Shown one piece after another: positions 12,115-24,046 of a stretch of 64,000 nt of DNA. The DNA lies in NCBI GenBank assembly GCA_964016885.1, contig OZ024743.1, forward strand, positions 216,132,001-216,196,000, written 5' to 3'. The notes under the pieces are model-generated. The model worked only from the letters and a program-made list of their open reading frames with translations, was not told where the DNA came from and ran no database searches. The translations under genes and the position numbers were made by a program. Position 1 is the first letter of the stretch. Each line of letters begins with the position of its first letter. Source of the DNA: Eledone cirrhosa. Taxonomy: Eukaryota.

Positions 12115-15010
12115 AGGAGGTTATAGTTCACTTGAAGCATTGTGTAATGATGTATAAACGTTTGAATATGTATAATAAACCCAAAACAATGCAGGTATGG
12201 ACATAGAAAAAAGAATGCAATTGCAAAAGATATTGTTGACAAGTCGTCTTTTACCTTAGATTTATTTAAATGTCCTTAATTTTCGAGATAATATCTCTTC
12301 TTCAGAGGGAAATAAAGGTCTGAAACCAGCGTTCTAAATATCTTGTCAAGCCATGCTCACAGGAAATAGTATAGAGTATCTGTTCTATCTCTAATGTCAA
12401 AGAGTTAAAATTAGGTGGATAGAGAATAGTCTCCCTTTAAAAGGGGTTTGTTTAGTTTTTTTTTATATACATGCCTGTTTAAGTGTGTGGGAGAATGCAT
12501 GAAGGTGTAAGTATGTGAGTGTGTGTGTGTGAGTGTGAGAAGATAAGTCTATTCGTAAATGTGGGGGATAGGTGTTATCTGGTGTTAGAACTGGTTGTGT
12601 GTGTGTATGTGTGAGAGAGAATAAGTGGAGGTGTAAGCGTGTGTGTGTGTGCGTGCGTGTGTGTGGGGGGGTGTAAATATGGGGCTAGAAGCCCTATCAG
12701 GTTATAAATTGGGTGTTGAATTCTAGTCTATTATTGATTGGTGGTTGTGTTTTATCTATAATTAGTGCTTCCTTAATTCTAAGATTGCCGAGGTTTCTTT
12801 CCTTAGTTTCTATCCTAACTGTTATGGTTTTGTCGGTGTTTTGGCATTTAACTAAGTGTTTCTTAAATGAGGAAGCGTTAGTATTGAGGTGTTCTTTTAT
12901 TCTTATGTGGAGTGGTCTGGTGGTGCTACCTACGTAGAAGTTGTTGCATTTGTCACACTCTAGTCTGTATACGACGTAAGCCTGGTGGCATAGGTCTGTG
13001 TCGTTGACGGGGCAGTTGGCTAGTCTGCAGCAGTTGTCATGTCTGGTGGAGTGTCTTTTGGTTAGCTGTCCGCGTAGAGAAGGACCTGAGTGGACCAGTT
13101 GGATATCTAGTCCCTCTCGTCTGATGGCTCTGCGGATGGCTGTTGTTGTTTCTTCACTGAAGTGTGGGAGCTTCAGGAAGCAAGTGTTAGTGCCTCGGGT
13201 GTGGTGTCCCGTGTTCTTTCTGGCACGGTTTGTGGTGGATGTCGTGTATCCGTTCAGTTTGAGTACTTCCAGGAAATGTGTGGTGTGTGTGTCTCGGTCT
13301 CTAGCGTCGGTGCATGTGTTCCGGATATGTGTCAGCTCGTTCCCTATGTATCCGAACTTGGAACCGAGTGGGAGGGCCGACTGAAATGTACGAACAGGTC
13401 CCTGCTAGCGGCTTTTTTATAGAAGCAGGTGTGCATGTTGCCTTCCTCTGTTACCCTGAGTTGGAAGTCCAGTAGGGATAGGGATCCGTGGTCATCGGGG
13501 TGTTCCATGTTCAACTTTATACTAGCGTCCATGCTGGACAATGTTTTGTATATTGTATCTGCCTCCTCACGGGATGATGTAAGGATGAGTATGTCATCTA
13601 CATATCGGGTGAAGAAGGCATGGGAATGGCAGGTGTTTAGGGCTCGGCATTCTAGATGGTTCATGTAGGTGATGGCCAGCAGGCCCGATAGGCTGGATCC
13701 CATGGGTAACCCTGTTGTCTGTCTGTATGTGTGGTGGTGGAAGGAGAAGTAAGTGTTGTCTACTGTGAAGGACAAAAGCTGGTGTATGTCCGTCGAGTGG
13801 AGGCCGTAGCAATGGATGTCCTCTGCGACCACGCAGTCCGTCAATAAATCGAAGCTGGATGAGCGGGGACTGTAGTGTAGTGGGAGACAACGTCGAGGCT
13901 AAAAGCGTATTTATTTAGTTTAAGTTGTTCTGGCTGGAGTTGGTGTAGTCTACGTATAACTTCGTCGGTGCTACTGACATGCCCGGGAAAGGTGGAGAGT
14001 AGAGGCATGAGGACCTGGCAGAGGAGCCAAGAAATTTTGTATAGGGGTCCTTCTATGCTAGAGACGATGGGTCTTATTTGCGTCTTAGTACTATTCTTGT
14101 GTGTCTTGATGAGGTGGTAGAAAGTGGGCAGTCTGCTATTTATAGTGGTGTAGTTGAGCTTAACTTTATTTGGGAGTTGTCTTCTCCTACAGATATCGAA
14201 CCAAATGGAGTTGGTCTGTTTTTCGATCTGGGCTGCAGTCATGTCCGGGATCTCTGTGTATAATTCATTGTCGCTTAGGTTTTCAAAGGCTAGGTTATTG
14301 TATGTGGCTTGAGAGATGACGCAAAACTATTTACCTTTGTCGGAAGGTAAGTATATAAGTTCCCTATTCCCTAGGTTCTTCAGGGCGAGTTGTTTTGTCC
14401 TACAGAGGTTTGGGGCTATCTTCTTCTGTTTCCGTGAGATGTTAAATACGGAATGTTTTAGTCTCGAGAGTTTTTCTTCAAGCTCGCGGTTGGCAGGCGG
14501 TGGACAGAGTGGGCCACCCAGTTGGTATATCGGGAATCTGGATTTGATGGATTCCGTGGTGTTGTTGTCGAGAGTCGATATCCATTTTAGTTGGTAGGCA
14601 GCCCGACAGGATTTCGTTTCTATGTCGAGCCATAATTTGTCGTCCAGTCTCTGTTTCGATATGAACTTGGGACCCAGGCTGAGGAGGTCTAATTCCTCTC
14701 GGGAGAGGGATCCTGTCAAGTCTGTGACGAGGTGTTTTGCGTCAGGTGTGTTGTTGGTCGGGGCGCCGCTAGGTTCGGTGTTGGTACCGTCTTGTTCGCC
14801 TCTGTTGGTGTTTAGAGTTGGGATGTTGTTAAGACAGTTGGCCGTCCTGAGTTTGAGAAATTTTTGCGTTAGACGTCTTTTCTCGTAGTCTCGGCGATGG
14901 TGGTATGACCTGTCTATAGTGTCGGAGATGACTCTGGACAGAGGTTCTGGGGTTTCAGCGAGTTGTGGTACAAGGCTGGAAATAGTCCGTGTGTGATGTT
15001 GTAGCGTGCA
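12113..15010 (-). mobile_element. Near full-length, frameshifted PLE (Penelope/Poseidon-like)
   Basis: LLSLGPKF, SDKG, LPTFYHLIKTHK..IRPIVS, GLPMGS, RYVDD, SLLD. Hand-translated GIY-YIG VVYRLECDKCNNFYVGSTTRPLHIRIKEH..EALII..N ends at ~12703. Confidence 0.92.
12274..12309 (-). ncRNA. Minimal hammerhead motif in the PLE 3' region
   Basis: Minus strand CCT-CTGAAGA-A-GAGA tatta TCTC-GAAA-AT-TA-AGG; stems I and III very short. Confidence 0.6.
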
Positions 15011-15025
15011 GTATATATATATATA

Positions 15026-15027
<2 letters not shown>

Positions 15028-15090
<63 letters not shown>

Positions 15091-15095
15091 GCGTG

Positions 15096-15165
<70 letters not shown>
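15028..15165. repeat. (GT)n microsatellite
   Basis: Direct inspection. Confidence 0.95.
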
Positions 15166-15334
15166 TGTGGGTGTATGTGTGTGTGTGTATGTGTGTATAC
15201 AGGGTGTCCCAAAAATGTATACACAATTTGATTACCTGAACAGGTATCATTTATTACAATGCGTTTGAAGTGTGTATTTATTATTTTGGAATACATTCTG
15301 TATATATATATAAATATATATATATACATATAAT

Positions 15335-16440
15335 GATAAATTATATATCCCTACACGCAAAATACATATAGGGACACATATATTATCCAACCATATGCCA
15401 ATGTGGTTCTATGGCAGATTAATAAATTAACGAGCCAGAACATATATAATCAAGATTTAGCAAATAAGAAAAAAATGTTAAATAAATTTTAAAAAATTCA
15501 CTGTACCTGCTGTGGTTACATTTACCGTACGGTTTCGAGTCTCAAGAATAAATGGATAGTCCTTACGGGCCTCCATTGAACAGAAAAACCCTCGTCAGAA
15601 GGTTCTTTTCACTCGGAGAATATAAAATTCCAGGGTTCGAATTACGAACTGGCGCTATTCAAAATTGTTCCCGAGGTGAGAATGAATGATGTGGAAGCAA
15701 TTCTGTCCAGTGCCGTGTGCAAAGATAGAAGGCAGAGGCGGAGAGTTCAATCTACTACCACTAGAAACAGCAGCTGTCAAAACGACCAAATGTTATCTCG
15801 ACAATGGGGGGGATAAATAATAATAAAGTATATATCCCTACACGCAAAATACATCGAGATAACATTTGGTCGTTTTGACTGCTGCTGTTTCTAGTGGTAG
15901 TAGATTGACCTCTCCGCCTCTTATTTGCTAAACCTTGATTATATATGTTCTGGCTCGTTAATTTAGTAACCTGCTATAGAACCACATTGGCATATGGTTG
16001 GATAATACATGTGTCCCTATATGTATTTTGCGTGTAGGGATATATACTTTATTATTATTAATCTCCCTCTGGTCGAGATAACATTGGGTCGTTTTGACTG
16101 CTGTTGTTTCTAGTGGTAGTAGATTGACCTCTCCGCCTCTGCCTTCTATCTTTGCACGCGGCACTGGACAGAATTTCTTCCACATCATTCATTCTCATCT
16201 CGGGAACAATTTTGAATAGCGCCAGTTCGTAATTCGAACTTGGGAATTTTATATTCTCCGAGTGAAAGGAACCTTCTGACGAGAGTGTTTCTTTCCAATG
16301 GAGGCCCGTAAGGACTATCCATTTATTTTTGTGACTCGAAACCGTACGGTAAATGTAACCATAGCAAGACCAGTGAATTTTTTTTAAATTTATTTTAAAA
16401 TTTATTTTAAAATTTATTCTTATTTGCTAAACCTTAATTA
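15335..16440. mobile_element. Non-coding retrozyme-like element: two inverted ~490-500 bp monomers, each terminally redundant, each with a type I hammerhead
   Basis: CTACACGCAAAATACAT recurs at 15351 and 15838; TTATTTGCTAAACCTT recurs at 15921 and 16420. Hammerheads at 15518-15603 (-) and 16271-16356 (+). Confidence 0.8.
16271..16356 (+). ncRNA. Type I hammerhead ribozyme with palindromic stem III
   Basis: ACCTT-CTGACGA-GAGT..AATGGA..TCCATT..ACTC-GAAA-CCGTACGG-TA-AATGT. Confidence 0.85.
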
Positions 16441-16443
16441 TAT

Positions 16444-16535
<92 letters not shown>

Positions 16536-16557
16536 GCATGTGTGTGTGTGTGTGTGT

Positions 16558-16602
<45 letters not shown>

Positions 16603-17374
16603 ATAGTTTAAAATCAAATCAAATAGTGTACTCATAACATAGTTATAATGGAAGTTATCACGTAGAGATACACCACATTTAATACTTTAATAATAATTAA
16701 AGTCAATCAGAACAACGTAAAGCTGTTCATTAATGATATTTTTTTAATAGCTTTGTTAATCTAAAGGGAAGTTGCCGGAGAATAGCCACATATATCTCTA
16801 TGTGTTGGTGAAACTCAAAGAATTGTATTGATATTTTTTTCACCACATTATGCCCATGCTATTGGCTGATGATGATATCTGATGCTTCCGTCATGCATTT
16901 TAGTTCCTTTTATCTTGAAGTGATTTATTTGTGGCAATACATCAAACTCCATTTAAGAGCTTACTTGTTGGTTACATTCTTTAAACTTTTACCGTTTACT
17001 TCCATTTTTTAATATATATATGTATTTTAGGCATCTACTTTTTTTACATTGACGCACACTAGATTTTATCAGATGCCACCTTCATGATTCCAATCGTATA
17101 GATGGGTTATCTTCCGATAAATGTTTAACGCATAACCTGCAAGGGCAAGTAGTAATATATTGTGTTAGTTCTTTGTTTTATTTGTGGTGTTTATTAATTC
17201 TTCAGCAGCACTTTGAGAGAGAAATAAATGTAACACACACGCCATATATAAATATTAATATATGCGCGCCTAAGTGTTTGAGTATGTGTACACATATAAA
17301 CGTGCATACATTCATACACACACACACACATATGTATATAAGTGTATATATATGTATGTATATATATAAGTATG

Positions 17375-17432
<58 letters not shown>

Positions 17433-17467
17433 CTTATATATATACATACATATATATACACTTATAT

Positions 17468-17512
<45 letters not shown>

Positions 17513-17542
17513 AGTGTATATATATGTATGTATATATATAAG

Positions 17543-17613
<71 letters not shown>

Positions 17614-17850
17614 GTGATATATAGATTTTCTTTACCTTTCTTTTGTGTTTCTGGCTTAGCACTTTGAAAATGACTCAGTGATTGTAAAGGCGTAGATATT
17701 TTGTTGGTATCATAAGGTTACAATTCGTATAAATATGACGTATGTATCATGTCATATATTTAATGTGCAGTGGTTTTTCATTTGTCACATATAAGTTTAA
17801 GAAATTGGCATATTTCTCCTGTGTAAAAACCTAAGACGAGACAATATATT

Positions 17851-17884
<34 letters not shown>

Positions 17885-17888
17885 TTAA

Positions 17889-18783
17889 AAAATAGAGCAA
17901 GAAGCCAGGACTATCCATCATCAGTGATATTCTGGCCATCATAGGTATTTCTTCGCATGAAAGATTAGGTACCTCAGGCCAGCGCGAACAATAACTAAAA
18001 TAAGTTATTGGGATAAAAAGAATTGGGTGGAGAAAGAGAGACATGTAAACAAACAAGAATGGTGAGGCATCGTAAAGAGTGGAAAATGAGAATACAAGTC
18101 AGTGATACATATGAACATAAGATCTAGCGAATCATTGACAAGAAGAAGAAAGATGCATCCAAGCCATGCGAAATATGAGCGAGAAAAGAATTTCACACGG
18201 GTCAGACGGGGGAAGTGAGAGAGGGAGTGAGTGAAAGTGTTTGGAAGAGGCTAGCCGAGAGAGGCTCTTTCTCCACACAATATGTTTTCCTTTCGCTGTG
18301 ACCTGTCTTTTTCTCTTCCCTTACTGCTATCCTGTTTCTCTCTCCCCGTCTCTCTCCTTGTACCTCTTACTTTCATTCACCCCCTCTGCTAGTCACCCTC
18401 TTTCAGCTAGCCTCTTCCTCACACTTTCACTCACTCACTCTCTGCTACTCACCCTCTCTCACTTCCTCCCGTCTGACCCGTGTGAAATTCTTTTCTTGCT
18501 CATATTTCGCATGGCTTGGATGCGTCTTTCGTTTTCTTGGCAATGATCCGCTAGATCTTATCTTCACATGTATCACTGACATTTTTCTCATGTTACGCTC
18601 TTTACGTTGCCTCACCATTCTTGTTTGATTACATGTCTCTCTTTCTCCACCCAATTCTTTTAATCCCAATATATTATGTAAGTTATTGCTCGCGAAAGGC
18701 CTGAGGTAGCTGATCTATAATTCGAAGAAATACCTATGATGACCAGAATATCACTGATGATGGATAGTCCTGGCTTCTTGCTC

Positions 18784-18787
<4 letters not shown>
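17889..18787. mobile_element. Inverted pair of diverged ~380 bp repeat tails (probably PLE 3' ends) between (TA)n tracts
   Basis: 17889-18264 is the reverse complement of 18395-18787 with many substitutions; CTGATGA motif near the outer ends. Confidence 0.7.
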
Positions 18788-18835
<48 letters not shown>

Positions 18836-19779
18836 TGTTAACGGATGGGCGAATGAGTACTCAATACGGAAGACTATTTTAAATATTAACGTCGTTTTAG
18901 TTTGATTTTCCACCTCTGCATTTACTGGAACTTCATGATTGCGTCATATATATATTGTGATATTTGGGTCTGGCCAATGTGCCAATTTTGCCAATAAACA
19001 CACCTATTTGAATTTTACTTTTGGTTAATTATTGGATAGTGTTTAGTGGTTAATTCATCACATTTCTTTCGTCAAACGTTCTCTGAACGCCTCAATGTCT
19101 TTTTGTTCCACTTCCCTAAGTCGCCTCCTCTTTCTAGTCTTATTTTGTTCATTCCATCTTGACTTTCTGTAGCATAATATTAGGATTCATATACATATTA
19201 TACTACAAGCTTCCAATTCAAGTCTTCCTTTGCTGAAGCGTAGTATCTTCGAGGATATTCACTTCAATCGAGTAAAAATGTTCTTAGCAACCTTTTATAA
19301 GCATTACATTCTTATTTCTATCATTTCAAAATATTTACAATTAATATAAATTTTTACATGTATTCAATCATATTAAATATTTTAATTGGTCTTTCTCAAT
19401 TTTGCATTTAGTAATTCCTTAAAAATAATTTATATTCTCATACAAATCTTTTATATATGTCAGTACTATGTAATACCTATGTTCGGCATTGTTCACTATA
19501 TTATACGTATGTAAGTATGTGGATTTGGGTATATACCTACAAGTGTATCCGAGCATATATACATATGTAGCTATATGTGTGTGTGGGTGTGTATGTGTGC
19601 GTGTGTGTGTGTATGTGTGCGTGTGTGTGTGTGTGTGTGTGTATGTGTGTGTGTGTGTGTGTGCGTGTGTGTGTGCGCGCGCGCGCGCGCGTGTGTGTGT
19701 GCATGTGTGTGTGTGCTAGCGAGGAGAATGGCATAGACCATTTCCTCAATTGGAAACACGAAGGACGCATTGTTAAAGT

Positions 19780-19915
19780 GCTTGCTCTCAACTACTGATA
19801 GGACATGTTGCGAGACGCCAATAACTGCAGCCGAGATTCGGAAAGCCATAGCCGACTGTACTAGGTGCATATTTGCATATTGCCCAGTTTGAATGGTCTG
19901 CCCTATGAGTTTTCT
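19780..19915 (+). mobile_element. L1/Tx1 ORF2 fragment
   Basis: CCETPITAAEIRKAIADCTR..GLPYEF matches CCEKPITTAEVRDAMTNCTR..GLPYEL in the 49-54 kb element. Confidence 0.75.
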
Positions 19916-19929
19916 CCAATTTCCTTAAA

Positions 19930-20158
19930 GCAGTCTAGAGTAATTGGCTTAAGCATAGTATATTTGTCAGATCTCAACCTTACGAATTTGAGACGTTTGC
20001 CTCTAATAGAATCTCTTGGAATGTGTGCTTGAAGACTCTGCCTCCCCCGCCTTGTCAGGAATAAGGGCTAGAAGAAGAAGAAGAAGAAGAAGAAGAAGAA
20101 GAAGAAGAAGAAGAAGAAGAAGAAGAAGAAGAAGAAGAAGAAGAAGAAGAAGAAGAAG
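19930..20158 (+). mobile_element. RTE 3' end with (GAA)n tail
   Basis: ETFASNRISWNVCLKTL resembles ETIASNRSP*KGCLRTL at ~23920-23970; followed by a GAA microsatellite tail. Confidence 0.6.
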
Positions 20159-20782
20159 ATTATGATGATGATGACGATGATGATGATAGAGAAACTTTTC
20201 ACAACTCTGGGAAGAGGCATATTCTCGAGATATATTGAATATATATTCATGAAGAAATCTAAAATTGTAAGATATTTCTGAAAAGCCGTCTATATATTCC
20301 AATTTCTAAGACAGTGTAAGTCCATAAATTTATTATTTAGCTTATATTTTCCAGATAAGATACTACCTGCTCCGACGAACATTATCATGACAATTTCATT
20401 TGTCGGTTGTTAAAAATCTTCCAGCAAGAAAAATTCAAAGTGTTGCATATTGAAGGCATTTCACAATAAATTATGGTGGAATTATTGATGCATTTTCAAC
20501 GTCAAAATTATTAACAGTGATACAAATTGTGCTTTAAAATACACAAAAATGGACGTAAACCAAGCATTTATAAGAACATTCCAAACAATACGAATGATTC
20601 GGTTTAGATAAAGTTTTACACTTGTTTGCTTTACATTTAAAAGTATTATTAAATGTTATATTCTCATTTTGAATTGCGCATGCATTATATAAAACTGATA
20701 TTAATTTCTTAAAAAATAAACCTCTTAAAATATAACATTATTATGAAAGATGAAATACCATAACAGCAATAAGATAGAATGT

Positions 20783-20963
20783 TAATTGTTTCTACTTTAG
20801 GCACACGGCCAGCAATTACCCAGTGCATTACTAGTACTTTATTTTTCGACCCCGTAAGGAAAAATAGCAAAGTCAACCTCGGCGGGATTTGAACTCAGAT
20901 CGTAAAGGGACGTAACTATGCTGGAAAGCATGGCGTCCGACCCTCTACCGATACTGCCAATCC
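20783..20963 (-). mobile_element. tRNA-derived SINE (Octopus-SINE-like)
   Basis: A box TGGCAGTATCGG, B box GAGTTCAAATCC, then CCGAGGTTGACTTTGC..GGGGTCGA..AAAGTAC core and AGAAACAATTA tail. Confidence 0.85.
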
Positions 20964-21129
20964 ACTTTAATGTACACTGATATCGTATGTACTAATCATT
21001 GATTATCTCTGAGCTGCAATGAAGCCTACAATCCTGCGTAGCGATAGTGAAAATAATTTTAACTTTACTAATCGTAGACATTTTCATATAACACTAGTCA
21101 AAAATATTTGAAAATGTGTGTGCTTCTTT

Positions 21130-21289
21130 TCGGACGCCATGCTTTCCAGCATAGTTACGTCCCTTTGCGGTCTGAGTTCAAATCCCACCGAGGTTAACTT
21201 TGCCTTTCATCCTTACGGGGTCGATAAAATAAAGTACCAGTAATGCACTGTGTAATTGATGGCCTTGTGCCAAAAGTAGAAACAATTAT
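21130..21289 (+). mobile_element. 5'-truncated copy of the same SINE, inverted relative to the first
   Basis: Reverse complement of 20783-20940. Confidence 0.85.
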
Positions 21290-21740
21290 CTAATTCTTCT
21301 GTATTTCCAAGTCCTGAATCCAAATATCACATTGATAAATTCTTATTAGATATAGGATTAAAGATATACGGCATAATATATATGATTATTTTATTATAAC
21401 GTACAATATGTGCCATTATGTTTTAAGCTATACTCTGTATCTACTCTTAGACATTTTGCTTGACAGTTCTAGTGGCCTGAAGAATCATCTCTTGCCAATG
21501 TCCAGCAAATGTCTGTAAGCAAGGTTGTGCTCCATTTGCCATTCTACCACTTTTCCATTGTTGAAATACATTGGTGAAACCTTTCACTTAACTGCCCATC
21601 ACTTAACTGCACCACAATTCGCTGGAAAAAAGTCTAAACGTGAGTCCAAGAAGTGGATTTTAAGTGACATGTTACATCCCATGATCTTGTCAGCCTTGAT
21701 GACGTTTTCCACCAATTCCTCATAGCAAATCTGCAGAAAA

Positions 21741-22920
21741 CCTGAAAAAAGGTTTACATAGTCTCATTCAACGGAAACAAAATGGTCAGATAGTGTGTCT
21801 AACAGACAAATCCGGGAGAATTTCAATAGACAATATGGCGAATTCCATCAAAGATATCCAACCCCACGCCATGAACACAATTCAAACAACACCGCAACAA
21901 CACGAACAAAGAGAAAGGTTCCTCTATGCTCACGTATAGGCACTGCCAATAACTTGCAAGCCTCTAAAAATGCCGTACCGCCCCTGTACAGACTCTGCGA
22001 AGATCATCAAACAGCTATTGACCCTATAACAGGATCACAAACAAAATTTGTTTTCGGAGCTATTATAGCCAGCATATACAGGATTACTTACTTTTTCACT
22101 AAGATTATGCACCCCATAATTAAGACGTGCCCAGATGTGTGTGATAGCACAGAGGATATCCTCAACAAAATCAATGATTGCAACCACACTGAAGACCTGA
22201 CAAACAACATAATAGGCAGCATGGATATAGCGTCCCTGTACCCTTCCATTGATGTTGATTTTGCTGAGGTAAAATGTGTTGAGATAATCAGTGATAGTGA
22301 GGTAGTGTTCTGTGACGTTGAAACGGATGATCTGGCCCTCCTACTTAGACTTACATGTGACAGAGAATATCTAGACAATTATAACCTTTGCAGTTTCTGC
22401 GCCAGTAGACAAATACAAGGTTGCACTGCTACCATCATTCTGATAGCAGAAAGGACTCCCAGAGGATGATGGAACGGAAGGACCAGAGCAATACAAACAA
22501 GAGAAAGCAATGATCAGGTGAGAAAGATGATCGTACATGATTCAGGGGCTATTACTACAGCTATTCTAGAGGGTGATTTGTTCATATTTAACAAGAACAT
22601 ATACACCCACGACGAAGGAGCCACCATCGATGTCAGTATAGCTGGCAATATACCCAAATTATTTAGGGTATAGTGGGAAATGCGTCTGAAAGAATGCCTA
22701 GCAGAGAACTCCATAGCCCTCATCATGTACTCTCGTTATTTGAAAGATATTAATATAGTAATAAAAACACCTCCACGAGAGATTACCTATGAACACGAAT
22801 TAGAAGCTAACACAATGGTGAGCATCGAGCAAATAGCTAATTCCATTCACCAGAGCATCACAGTAACTATAAAATACCCTTTCAAACACCCTAACAATAG
22901 ACTACCAGTATTAGACACTG
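21741..22920 (+). mobile_element. Decayed PLE RT fragment
   Basis: PPLY..EDH, CDSTED, GSMDIASLYPSI, YSRYLKD (decayed YxDD), LPVLD. Confidence 0.75.
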
Positions 22921-23079
22921 AATATACAATACACGTGACGCACAAATCCCCCACGCACATTGCTTGGGCTTATACTAGCCGAAATCTATCAAAGTTATCA
23001 AAGTTATATATACATGTATCTATATACACGAGTACATTGAAAACGCATATGACTGCATTCCACCTCCTGTGCTGTAAAT

Positions 23080-24010
23080 CGTTCGGCAGGCGTATGATAC
23101 CGATGGTCAGCTTCTTAGTGCCGTTATTACTATATGAATGCATGAGAAATGGTGTTCGGTACATGGCGCTAAATCGAAACCATTCCAGGTGGGAGTTGAA
23201 CCTCGCCGAAAGGTTGGAAGTGGACGTTTTATTAAGAGTAGCAAATGTAGAGCCAGTCAGCCGATATTTGTAGAAAAATTGCTATTAATTAACTCGACAG
23301 ATATTAATATCCAAGGTGCACGTGATAGGTCACGTCTTTGCATGGCTGGAATGAAAATATGTGCTACAAAAACTAAGACAATCGTACCCTCAAGGACACC
23401 GGTTCAATGGATTCTACATGGAAATGGAGTTCCACTGAAGAATGTGGAGACGTTCAAGTATCTTGGGGCCGTTTCAACGAGTGATGGAAGGTATGAGGCT
23501 GAATTAAGTGCAAGAATTGCAGGAGATGTTGCAGTAAAGCGCGTGATACATAATTCGGTAACAAGAAGAAGGGAGTTATGTGTAAAAGGCAAAATATCTA
23601 CCTTCAATTTGGTATTCGTGCCAATCCGTACCTTTGACCAAAAATCTTGCGAATGACTGGAAGAATACGAACACGATTACAAGCGTCCGAAAAGGGGTTC
23701 GAAAGAAGGATCTTTGGAGTAGCGTTACTCTATACAGATGCGTAGCTCGGAGATCAGTGTTGGCGCTATTTATCCGATTTCAGGGATACTATAGACATGA
23801 GCTTAGAATGTTTCAGGAACTAATCGCCCCATATATTTCCGAGGGTAGGCTCTGCTCAAGATGATTGGGTAACATGCATGACTTGGCTGCTGTCACCTGT
23901 GGATGAAGCCGGGTCAGATGGAAACGATTGCTTCTAACAGGTCCCCGTGAAAGGGGTGTTTGAGAACATTGCTCGCACGACACTTTCATGAATAACTTAG
24001 CGAAGAAGAG
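23080..24010 (+). mobile_element. Decayed RTE RT 3' fragment
   Basis: SKPFQV, GMKI..KTK, VETFKYLG, ELSARI; short GAA tail. Confidence 0.75.
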
Positions 24011-24046
24011 TATATGATTGCATATATATATATATATATATATATA

